Of a stretch of 64,000 nucleotides of DNA, positions 1 through 7,889 are shown in pieces. Location of the stretch: positions 960,001 through 1,024,000 of the forward strand of contig CAWCKY010000007.1 in NCBI GenBank assembly GCA_963796275.1. Direction: 5' to 3'. Numbering within the stretch: the first letter of the stretch is position 1; each line of letters begins with the position of its first letter. Below the pieces are notes generated by a model. That model saw nothing but the letters and a program-made list of their open reading frames with translations, did no database searches and was not told the origin of the DNA. Source of the DNA: an uncultured Acidobacteriota bacterium (GTDB taxonomy: Bacteria > Acidobacteriota > Blastocatellia > RBC074). Made by a program: the position numbers and the translations under genes.

Positions 1-106
1 CGATAAACCCGACTTTGCTTTTAGCGTTAATGTACACCGAGTAAAGAAACCAGGTGAGCATCCCAGCAATTCCCCAAAAGACTATCCCTTTAAACAGGTC
101 GCCCAT
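1..106 (-). CDS. 5' end of a membrane protein gene, partial, continuing the injection-system operon off the left edge
   Basis: Read manually: ATG at 106 after GAGG, MGDLFKGIVFWGIAGMLTWFLYSVYINAKSKVGFI..., hydrophobic N-terminal segment, open to the edge. Confidence 0.6.
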   Translation of the reverse strand, partial: MGDLFKGIVFWGIAGMLTWFLYSVYINAKSKVGFI

Positions 107-140
107 AGATTCTAAATCGCCTCAGTTACTCAACCTAGAT

Positions 141-905
141 TCACCAGCGTAATATTTCAGATTCAGATTCAATATCCTGCTCTGGTAGTTCTGTTACCAT
201 ATTCTCAAGCGAACCTTTTAGATTCTCTCTACTAGCAATCACAATACCCTGGTCCTCTTTGCTCTCACCGATATACAGTTCAAAGGTTCCGAACCATGAC
301 GACAAATCATCTTCGGTCGCACTTTGAAAGGATTTAACTCCAAATAACGGAATGAAGCGAGGCATGCTGCGGAAGTGGCGATCGGTAACCCTGCTACCGA
401 ACAATTCCTTCCATTTCCGCTGGAGGTCATTGGTTTTCAATTTTGTAAGCATTATGCTCAAGGCGCCATGTCCCGACATGGCCTCAAAACACCTCTTTTT
501 GGCGGCTTCATCCGTTATTTGAAAAACAAACTCGGGAATATCGACAACCCCTTCAACTCCAAACTGATTTATCAGCCTCGGGTCTGCGCCTTCTATCTCA
601 GATCGACCGGGCATGTGCGGAGGCGGCTTATGAGGGATAACGGCTAAGCCTTGTTGCGGCATCCACTGGGGAGCATTGTCAACGAACTCGGCTAGCAAAC
701 CCGTTTGCAAACAACTTTGCCTGATCATGACTTCAAGCGACAGCTGGTTATCTGCCGATAGATACTCCTCGACAAGCGAGTCGATCAGCTTCTGCACGAG
801 AGTTAGTTCTGATCCAGCCAATGGAAATCGGCTAACCGACAATAAATGGAGATCGCCTTTTGCAATCCCTGAAAGACGCTCAATTGAGTGAGTCCGTGCG
901 GGCAT
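141..905 (-). CDS. Hypothetical protein, paralog of 921..1709 (candidate adaptor/immunity protein)
   Basis: 254 aa ORF with AGAGG RBS; shares WxPQ..AV.P..PPPH.P, KE.FG...TD..F..M and Y.GES..D.G.VI.S with its neighbour. Confidence 0.75.
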   Translation of the reverse strand: MPARTHSIERLSGIAKGDLHLLSVSRFPLAGSELTLVQKLIDSLVEEYLSADNQLSLEVMIRQSCLQTGLLAEFVDNAPQWMPQQGLAVIPHKPPPHMPGRSEIEGADPRLINQFGVEGVVDIPEFVFQITDEAAKKRCFEAMSGHGALSIMLTKLKTNDLQRKWKELFGSRVTDRHFRSMPRFIPLFGVKSFQSATEDDLSSWFGTFELYIGESKEDQGIVIASRENLKGSLENMVTELPEQDIESESEILRW

Positions 906-920
906 TTTTACCTCTTTCGA

Positions 921-1709
921 TCAAACCTCGCTCTGTCTCTTGCGTTTGTCTGACAGTATGTGAGCCAATTCAGAAATTTCTCTATCCAACCATTTGTCTG
1001 AGACTATAACCACTCCTTCATCGCGCATACTCTCGCCAACATAAAAACCCGCGAAGCTTGACAGCGCTCTGAATTGGGTACTGGTTGCATTGAGCAATGT
1101 GTCAATACCTAAAACCGGTAAACAGTCCATCATTTGAAAGGATTTGTCGGTTATCTTATATCCAAATACTTCTTTCGCTTTGGCCAACAGCTTCCGCTCA
1201 TCAAGAACAGTTGCATAGAATATCGTTCCACCGCAGCCAAACAACTCTTCGTATGCTTCCCCTACCGCGTTCTTCTTGGTAATGTAACTGATCATAGGCA
1301 TTACCTCATGTACCGGGAAACCTTCTTTCCATGACAGTGCTTCCTCCCGTGATGGCACATGCGGAGGAGGCTGATCAGGGAAGACAGCCATAGCCAGTTG
1401 CGGCTGCCAGTCGAAAACGTTCAGCCCTATCTTTTCGAGAACTTCAAATTCCAACACGTTACTGATTATTCCCAGACACCCCAGCAGATCTGTTTCAATC
1501 AGGCTGGCATAGCGTTTCTGTAACTCATCCAGGAAACGTTTGATGCTTTTTCGCTCCGCATCAGGTATGGGGAAATTCGAAACAGGTATGAAATAGACGT
1601 TCCCTCTATCTGCGACCTCCGCTTTACGTACAGGATATAGCTCTATCTGCTCACCCTGAGAGTGGAAGACTGATTCGCTGCGCTCCCTCTGTTTCTTCTG
1701 ATATTTCAT
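921..1709 (-). CDS. Hypothetical protein, paralog of 141..905
   Basis: 262 aa ORF with 15 nt gaps to both neighbours; same shared motifs. Confidence 0.75.
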   Translation of the reverse strand: MKYQKKQRERSESVFHSQGEQIELYPVRKAEVADRGNVYFIPVSNFPIPDAERKSIKRFLDELQKRYASLIETDLLGCLGIISNVLEFEVLEKIGLNVFDWQPQLAMAVFPDQPPPHVPSREEALSWKEGFPVHEVMPMISYITKKNAVGEAYEELFGCGGTIFYATVLDERKLLAKAKEVFGYKITDKSFQMMDCLPVLGIDTLLNATSTQFRALSSFAGFYVGESMRDEGVVIVSDKWLDREISELAHILSDKRKRQSEV

Positions 1710-1724
1710 GGACTGATTTTTGGT

Positions 1725-2414
1725 TTAGACCCCGACGTACCAGGCATGGGTGCTGACGCCGCCGATGTCAGGCTTAGCGACACCTATTTTTGGCCTCACT
1801 ACTGTTAAAGAAGCAGCTAAAAGACCGGTCGCCAGCCATAGAGCAATCGTTTCGTTTTTTATTAAGACAGCTTCCGTCTTGACTGCCGCCAAACCGGCCT
1901 TGAGACCGAGAAGTTCGGACTTGTTTCCATAAATCTGGATATTTACGCCTCCAAACTTGACTTTGAACCATCCTTCGTTGATGTACCACGATGACACTTC
2001 ATTGGACGTCTTGGGGCCGACACTGGTATCCAAATAGGGCCCTAGAATAGTCCTAACGTTACTGCCGGTAACCGTCATGACGCGTTCTCCATTAATCGTC
2101 ATGTTTTCATTGGGCGCTACGGTTGTGTTACGCCCCTGAAGAACGTTGCGATCCTCGCCCGAGATAATGGTGGTCGTCAAATGGCCGTTAACGTGAAGCT
2201 CCCTATTTCCCGTAGTCTGTGCTGTCTGATTGCCTTTGACAAGAAGCTGCTCCTGTCCTGGCTGGGGACCGGAGAGGAAACTGTCGCCGGTTATCCCACC
2301 CCAATTCGCCACGCTGCCTTTAATGTTTATGTGATTGTCTGTCCCCGCATCAGGATTCTTGGTTCTTGTTACAGTCAAAGTGTTCATATCGAACACGGAA
2401 GATATATCGGCCAT
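1725..2414 (-). CDS. Free-standing gp5/VgrG C-terminal-type beta-helix (spike needle-like) protein
   Basis: About ten 8-residue repeats (LLVKGNQT AQTTGNRE LHVNGHLT...MTINGERV MTVTGSNV) followed by 7-residue beta repeats; directly after vgrG; AGGAG RBS. Confidence 0.65.
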   Translation of the reverse strand: MADISSVFDMNTLTVTRTKNPDAGTDNHINIKGSVANWGGITGDSFLSGPQPGQEQLLVKGNQTAQTTGNRELHVNGHLTTTIISGEDRNVLQGRNTTVAPNENMTINGERVMTVTGSNVRTILGPYLDTSVGPKTSNEVSSWYINEGWFKVKFGGVNIQIYGNKSELLGLKAGLAAVKTEAVLIKNETIALWLATGLLAASLTVVRPKIGVAKPDIGGVSTHAWYVGV

Positions 2415-2487
2415 GCACTCTCCTTAAAAATTCGATTATTAGATTTTGCGGCTATTGTGTTCTTCTTTTCTGATTCTGCTCTCACTT

Positions 2488-4119
2488 TCATCCAGTCTCC
2501 CTCGAAAAGAACTTGCTCCGTATATGGACCCTTCCATCCGGCGCATTCAGGAAGATATCGCCGGGAGAATTGAGGCAGAGCATCTTCCGCCCTCCCGTTT
2601 CCGGACAGCTGTCTATCAACTGAATCGTCTGCCCGCCAGGAGTCGAGATGACTATCGATTCCTTGCCTCCCACATCGACCAGTTGAATGCGATTGCCGCT
2701 TTTGGTGACGATGCGCTTGATATCGTTGCGGGCCATGTCGGACGCTATCTGCGTCCCATTGCTCCCGACGGCCTGCATCCCTTCACCATCCCAGAAACCC
2801 TGACGCGGTGCGCTGTCTACGCCGTTCCACAAGCCTCCGACGATGTATGGGCGCTCGGCATCGCCGTGCTCGAATGCCACCAGCACCTCGTCGCCGATTT
2901 CGGGCATGAACATGAAGCCTCGCCCGCCTCCCGCGCTCGGCGTCGTCATTCGCGCCCAGGAGGTCATCGCGTCCTCCATCCAATCGTATTTGATCTGAAT
3001 TCTCCCCATCCCGCGCGGGTCGTTGTGATTGACGACGCGGGCGGAGACGACGCCGGACATCCGCTTCGGCTGCGGCTGCTCGGCGACTGTGTAATCCATC
3101 CAGGGCGTGGCGATGAACTCGTTCCGGTAGCCGTCGGTTTGATCGTAGTGGTGAACTACGTGGGTCAGGCCATACTCGCCCTCAGCCGCGAAGTTGGTTC
3201 CTTCGATTTTGACCTTGTCGCCTGGCTTGAGACGCACATTGCGGCTGATGCCGGTAGCGATGACCTTTGAGCCGATGGCCCGCTGGCTCTCTTTTTCGAG
3301 CAAAGTCCGATAGCTCTCGATCTTCGGCGCGCGGCCGTCGAAGACCAGACGGTCAGGCGGCAATTGTTTCGATTGCTCGATTACGGCTCCCACCATATCG
3401 GCGGCAGTATCAGGAAAGAACTGCGGATCTTTACTGACCTTGGTGAAACGCCTGCTCTCCATCGTGCGCGGATCGTAGCAAGTGCCGTCGAAGGCGGGCT
3501 GCCCCAAGCGACCCTTGATCGTAAAACTCGTCAGGCCGTGTTCGTCGTGCCAGCGCATCGTCAGCCCCGTATCCTCGAATCCTTGTCTGATCTCCACGCC
3601 TTTTTCGGTGGGACGGATGAAGCATCCCTGGTCATCGGCGATGCGGTGGATAAAATCGAAATCGCTCTCGCCCCATTGCACGTAGTTCATCCGCGTGGAT
3701 TCGCCGTTGGCGTTGTACTGCAACTCCAACCCATCTTCGCTGATGACCTGTTGAGCTACCTCCTTCAGATTCTTTTTGTAGAAGTAATCCTCCTCAGGCG
3801 TGAGTTGCAGTTTGTAAGATTGAGTAACTCCACGTAATCTCGCGATGTAATCTCCATGTAGTTCGTACGACAGTTCGGCCTCAAGCACGAGGCCGTTGAA
3901 AAGCGGTAACTCGGCTGTATACTCCTCGAAGGCGATGAACTCGATCGGCTTGCCGAGGTAGGTCGCGACAGGAGGTTGTTGCTGGTTGATCAGACGGAAC
4001 TCGATGTCGCACCAGTAGTGAGTGCCCAACTCCTGGCGAATTGCGAGGTTCGAGATCATCGCATCTTTTAAAATTTGGCCGTCGATCTTCAAATAAAAGG
4101 GCCAGTGTCCGTTTGCCAT
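2488..4119 (-). CDS. vgrG: VgrG/TssI-like spike hub protein
   Basis: YVQWGESDFDFIHR; OB-fold motifs ARVVNHNDPRGMGRIQ, WARMTTPSAGGGRGFMFMPEIGDEVLVAFEHGDAERPYIVGGLWNG; TKSGNRI. Confidence 0.9.
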   Translation of the reverse strand: MANGHWPFYLKIDGQILKDAMISNLAIRQELGTHYWCDIEFRLINQQQPPVATYLGKPIEFIAFEEYTAELPLFNGLVLEAELSYELHGDYIARLRGVTQSYKLQLTPEEDYFYKKNLKEVAQQVISEDGLELQYNANGESTRMNYVQWGESDFDFIHRIADDQGCFIRPTEKGVEIRQGFEDTGLTMRWHDEHGLTSFTIKGRLGQPAFDGTCYDPRTMESRRFTKVSKDPQFFPDTAADMVGAVIEQSKQLPPDRLVFDGRAPKIESYRTLLEKESQRAIGSKVIATGISRNVRLKPGDKVKIEGTNFAAEGEYGLTHVVHHYDQTDGYRNEFIATPWMDYTVAEQPQPKRMSGVVSARVVNHNDPRGMGRIQIKYDWMEDAMTSWARMTTPSAGGGRGFMFMPEIGDEVLVAFEHGDAERPYIVGGLWNGVDSAPRQGFWDGEGMQAVGSNGTQIASDMARNDIKRIVTKSGNRIQLVDVGGKESIVISTPGGQTIQLIDSCPETGGRKMLCLNSPGDIFLNAPDGRVHIRSKFFSRETG

Positions 4120-4173
4120 ATAAATTTATTCCTCTGATCGTTACTATCTGGTCATTCCAGGTCGTGCCGGGTC

Positions 4174-4488
4174 TTAGGGAAACGGCAAATGTAAAACTTG
4201 AATGAAATCGCGGTAGTGATTCCCCGTCACATATACCTCGCTGCCATCCCCCAGTACCACACGTAGCGTGCCCGATTCTGCGGAAGTTCCCAGATAGAAT
4301 TCCTTGTAGTAACCATGGGATCGATTCGGCAGATCATTATATTTGTTGACAAAGATGCTGTTTCCGCGCCACCCGAAGGGTAACCGGCCCAACCGGAAGT
4401 CTTTCACCAGGTGATACAGATTACGCAGACGCGGATCGCCGAGCGGGTTGCGATTGTCCGTCTTAACTGTCCATTTGATCGTTTTCAT
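4174..4488 (-). CDS. Barnase/RNase Sa (N1/T1 superfamily) guanyl-specific ribonuclease-like protein
   Basis: F.N....LP....GYYKEF...GTLRVVLG...EVYVTGNHYRDF matches the microbial RNase pattern (catalytic Glu, Arg, His); ATG 4488 preferred over the track start 4533; no signal peptide. Confidence 0.8.
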   Translation of the reverse strand: MKTIKWTVKTDNRNPLGDPRLRNLYHLVKDFRLGRLPFGWRGNSIFVNKYNDLPNRSHGYYKEFYLGTSAESGTLRVVLGDGSEVYVTGNHYRDFIQVLHLPFP

Positions 4489-4522
4489 ACGTTCCAGTAA
4501 TAGAGTGAATTCGCCACGTAGG

Positions 4523-4568
4523 CACAGAGGCACGGAGGGGAACGCGTTTCACTCTCCGTGTCTCTGTG
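4523..4568. repeat. Intergenic hairpin (REP-like)
   Basis: cacagaggcacggag ... ctccgtgtctctgtg inverted repeat between tssE and the RNase gene. Confidence 0.6.
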
Positions 4569-4583
4569 TCTCTATGGCAGGTT

Positions 4584-4937
4584 TCACTTGATCTGCAGGC
4601 GTTCTATGCCTTTGCCTTTGTAAAAGAGCGTGAATACATAAACCGGTTCGTAAGCATCGCTCGTAGGATCAACCTCGATCATCTTCACTTCGACCCAATC
4701 GATTCCCAGTTCACGCAGGCCCTCATTCATTCTCTTGACAGTCTCCTGCCGCAAGCTGAGTTTGAACGGAAGCTCCGCCAATGCGTCACGGATGCCGAAA
4801 TTCGGGGAACCGGGCCAGCCGCTTGCCGGCGTCGCGAGCATCACTTTCAGCAGGCGCAGAAGGTTCGCTTCCGCGCCGGTTGAACGCTCCATCCGACCGA
4901 TCGGATCGATCCGCAAAGGGAAAGCCAGGTAGTCCAT
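4584..4937 (-). CDS. tssE: TssE / gp25-like baseplate wedge protein
   Basis: 117 aa; YLAFPLRI...LLKVMLATPASGWPGSPNFG fits the gp25 pattern; position after the tube gene. Confidence 0.75.
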   Translation of the reverse strand: MDYLAFPLRIDPIGRMERSTGAEANLLRLLKVMLATPASGWPGSPNFGIRDALAELPFKLSLRQETVKRMNEGLRELGIDWVEVKMIEVDPTSDAYEPVYVFTLFYKGKGIERLQIK

Positions 4938-4942
4938 CAGGG

Positions 4943-5368
4943 TTAATTACCGAGAGTGATCTCCTGATAGTTCGCCTGGTTGTGTACCGGTGTGAACTCG
5001 ATGTCGAGCACGTGGTTATAAACGGTCCCGCCGGCATCGGCGCCAACGTTTGAAACGCGGAAGGAACTGATCCAGGCCTTGCATTTGAAGGAGCAGATGA
5101 CATCTTTCTTCGAGTCATCTTTCCAGCACTCGAGTTTCAACTCCTTGATCTTCTCGCGTGTCGCAACATTACTAAGGTCGAAAAATTTCTTAATGGTTGC
5201 GAATTTGGCATTCTGGTCGTCGTGCAGATCGAGACGAACATTCACCGCGGTGGTGAGGGTTTGCATCTGCGGCATCCCCGCAGGATCCTTCGCCGTGTTC
5301 ATGGCAAAAACGGCATCCACCACATCTACTTTCTCACCATCAAATGTTATGGTAGCTCTAACTGGCAT
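4943..5368 (-). CDS. tssD: TssD/Hcp tube protein, T6SS subtype iii-like
   Basis: 141 aa; MPVRATITFDGEKVDV...NTAKDPAGMP resembles the Bacteroidota TssD N-terminus; GGAGG RBS; ends EITLGN. Confidence 0.7.
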   Translation of the reverse strand: MPVRATITFDGEKVDVVDAVFAMNTAKDPAGMPQMQTLTTAVNVRLDLHDDQNAKFATIKKFFDLSNVATREKIKELKLECWKDDSKKDVICSFKCKAWISSFRVSNVGADAGGTVYNHVLDIEFTPVHNQANYQEITLGN

Positions 5369-5628
5369 AACAATCCTCCATTGAAAGGTAATCAGTTTCA
5401 GTTTTTAGACAGTACCGGCAGGATTCGCCGAGATCACCCGAGGTAAATCCTGTCAATCCTGTCTGAGTAACACTTCAGACTCACTGAGCGTTGATCACTG
5501 CCGAAGGAATAAGGAGAACTGTTCCCGCATCCATTCGAGCATCGATTTAAATTTCGCGCCGAGTCGCGCGCGAAAACTTGGCCTCGGCGACTTCCCTGCT
5601 TCAATCACCGATAGTGGCGTGTTCGGTG

Positions 5629-5664
5629 CGCTGCCGGTCATGACGCGTAACTTCACCGGCAGCG
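5629..5664 (-). other. Stem-loop immediately after the tssC stop (stability/attenuation element)
   Basis: cgctgccggt ... accggcagcg 10-bp inverted repeat; no clear U-tract on the minus strand. Confidence 0.4.
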
Positions 5665-5667
5665 TTT

Positions 5668-7026
5668 TCAGTTTCCCGCACTATCCGGCACATCGCCCAG
5701 AGGCTTGAATTCAGGGACGTCGATCTTGACGCGGAAGACCTCAGCCGGTCCCGTCGGCATCACTTCGAGATAGATGTCGCACACGCCCTGCATCCGTTTG
5801 TTGTAGTCTTTATCGACAAACAGGTTGTATTCGAGGATCGTGCCCTGCGACTTCTGATCTTCCAGCAACCGCTGGATCGGCTTCTCGACTTCTTCATCCA
5901 TAAAATCCCGGGTCAGCACCTGTCCGGCAATTTCACGCAGCCGAGCTGAGACGGAGCGTTCGAGATATGAGAGCACTCGGTAGGCTGTGAAGAATTTATA
6001 GACGCCATATTTGTCATCGGCCAGACTGCGGCAGCCGTAAAAACAGAGATGGTTATCGGCGTCGCGGATGATAGGAATCACCTGCATCTCTTGCGAAAGC
6101 AATTCCATCTGGCTGATCAAACATTCGATGCGCGCCTTTTCGACCCCTTTGATTCGGCCGAACTTGGTGCCGATCGGGCCCTGTACCACGCTGTCGCGCG
6201 CGCGGTCGGTGCGCGCCACCGCTCCGGCGAAGATCAGTGAAGCCGGCGCATAAAGATCATCGCCATACTCCTTTTCGAACCAATGAGCATCGCGAAGTTT
6301 GAGGGTGCCGACCATAACGACGTCGGAGGCCGCCTGATCGTCCGGGCGTTTGAGGAATTCGTATCGTCCGCCGGGTCGAAATTGGTCTACCACCTTCTTG
6401 TACGACCCTTCATCACCCAGATCGGTGATGAGCAGCATGCCCCACTTCCACGCCTCTTCTTCGAGCGCCTCGCGGATCATCATCGGGATTTCACCCGGCA
6501 CGACCACGTTGCAGATGTCGTCGCGAAAGTTGAAATTGTCGTTGCGGTTGGTGACGAACCGACGGATAGCTTCAAGGGTTGAGCTCTCGCGGTTGCGCAT
6601 CGACTGCGGGTCCGCATTGTAGATGAAGAATTCGACCGGTTTGCGCTGCTTACCATCGGGGACGATCGAATTTTCGAAGAAAAGCCAGATCTGCCGATAG
6701 GCCGACTCGAGCGGGCGAATCTCATCGAAGAGTTTCTCCATCACCTCATCGCGTACTTTTTCAGCGTGGTCGATCTGCCCCTGGAATTTTTGGAGAGTTT
6801 CATCGTAACTGTCCGCCTCAGAGAGCAACGATTCGAAGTCGGTCAGGCGCAATAAAAATTCGCTCGCCGTCTCTGGCGTGAAGATAGTCTCCACTGAGGT
6901 CTTCTGTTCACCCAGCCGCGGATGAATGGCGACGAAGATCTCGTCCAGCACTTTGCGCACCGGCGCTTCGGCATCGGCGAAGATATCAGCAATGGTTGCA
7001 GTCTTGACTTCCTGTTGGGCCATCAT
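5668..7026 (-). CDS. tssC: TssC contractile sheath large subunit, T6SS subtype iii (DUF5458-like)
   Basis: 452 aa; LESAYRQIWLFFEN, VVVPG, MLLITD, YAPASLIFAG, GPIGTKFG and a sheath-like C-terminus; overlaps the tssB stop (ATGA). Confidence 0.8.
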   Translation of the reverse strand: MMAQQEVKTATIADIFADAEAPVRKVLDEIFVAIHPRLGEQKTSVETIFTPETASEFLLRLTDFESLLSEADSYDETLQKFQGQIDHAEKVRDEVMEKLFDEIRPLESAYRQIWLFFENSIVPDGKQRKPVEFFIYNADPQSMRNRESSTLEAIRRFVTNRNDNFNFRDDICNVVVPGEIPMMIREALEEEAWKWGMLLITDLGDEGSYKKVVDQFRPGGRYEFLKRPDDQAASDVVMVGTLKLRDAHWFEKEYGDDLYAPASLIFAGAVARTDRARDSVVQGPIGTKFGRIKGVEKARIECLISQMELLSQEMQVIPIIRDADNHLCFYGCRSLADDKYGVYKFFTAYRVLSYLERSVSARLREIAGQVLTRDFMDEEVEKPIQRLLEDQKSQGTILEYNLFVDKDYNKRMQGVCDIYLEVMPTGPAEVFRVKIDVPEFKPLGDVPDSAGN

Positions 7027-7505
7027 TCACCACCTTTCCCGGCATGTGCGACCTTCTCCAGCTCAGCGTGCAGGCGGGCCAGGGCGGCGAGTATCTGCTT
7101 GCGTTGAGCCGGATTTGACCAGGCGCGTTTGACAGAGGGCAGCGCCCAACGATCCTTCATCCGATAGAGCAGATCGATGGCGCTCTTCAAATCAGCGATA
7201 TCGTTGCGTTGGCCCGGATTCCTTTTCTGGATATTTTCCGGGCTGAAATCTTTGAGGCTGCGGAACTCGAGATCTGCCACGAACTCTGTCGCCTCCTCAC
7301 CTGCCTGGGTTTCAAAATGGATTGAAGGTTTGAATTTCTCTAAGGCGTCATTGACGCTGTCCACGCGCACGGCCTCTTCATCTTCACTCTCGAGTTCCCT
7401 GCCCATGCGCTCTAACGTCACAGGAAGCACAGCCAAGGTCGTATCGGTAGGAACGGGACGTACCGCAGGGGTTATACCTTTACGGATGACTTCGATCTTA
7501 GGCAT
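7023..7505 (-). CDS. tssB: TssB contractile sheath small subunit, T6SS subtype iii-like
   Basis: 160 aa; ALEKFKPSIHFE...LEFRSLKDFSPENI; translationally coupled to tssC; GGAG RBS. Confidence 0.75.
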   Translation of the reverse strand: MPKIEVIRKGITPAVRPVPTDTTLAVLPVTLERMGRELESEDEEAVRVDSVNDALEKFKPSIHFETQAGEEATEFVADLEFRSLKDFSPENIQKRNPGQRNDIADLKSAIDLLYRMKDRWALPSVKRAWSNPAQRKQILAALARLHAELEKVAHAGKGGE

Positions 7506-7889
7506 ATCTTCTCCACTCCTAAATAGGAGGCGTTAATAGGTTAATAAAGAAGGGGCTATAGATTTATTGAGTTATTCGATGCCAACCGTCAGCGATTGTG
7601 GACCGCATATCTTTTTCCACGTATGAGGAAAGTGGTTGGTACTAAGATGTATGGCTTATCTGGGTAATCGCGGCAATGGGGGCTACTGGGGCAAAGGAGG
7701 ATTCGGTTCATAATTTTCACTGTGTCAATATGGCCGGACAGGCTGTAGGTCCGACAGCGAAAGAATTCGGGAGATTTCAAGAATTTCTGCTCGCCGGTTC
7801 CTTACTCAGCCCAACACGGCGAACTGAAATCTACAATTTTTTCCAGCAAAAGCAACCGGATGTTACCATTGATGGTTTACCGGGATCAA

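Noticed and set aside
2446-3837. Long plus-strand ORFs 2446..3270 and 3364..3837
   Set aside because: Antisense shadows of vgrG in GC-rich sequence; no motifs
5369-5667. Small ORF (MLEWMREQFSLFLRQ) or structured RNA between tssC and tssD
   Set aside because: Only 15 codons without a clear RBS; hairpins are present but no recognisable RNA family
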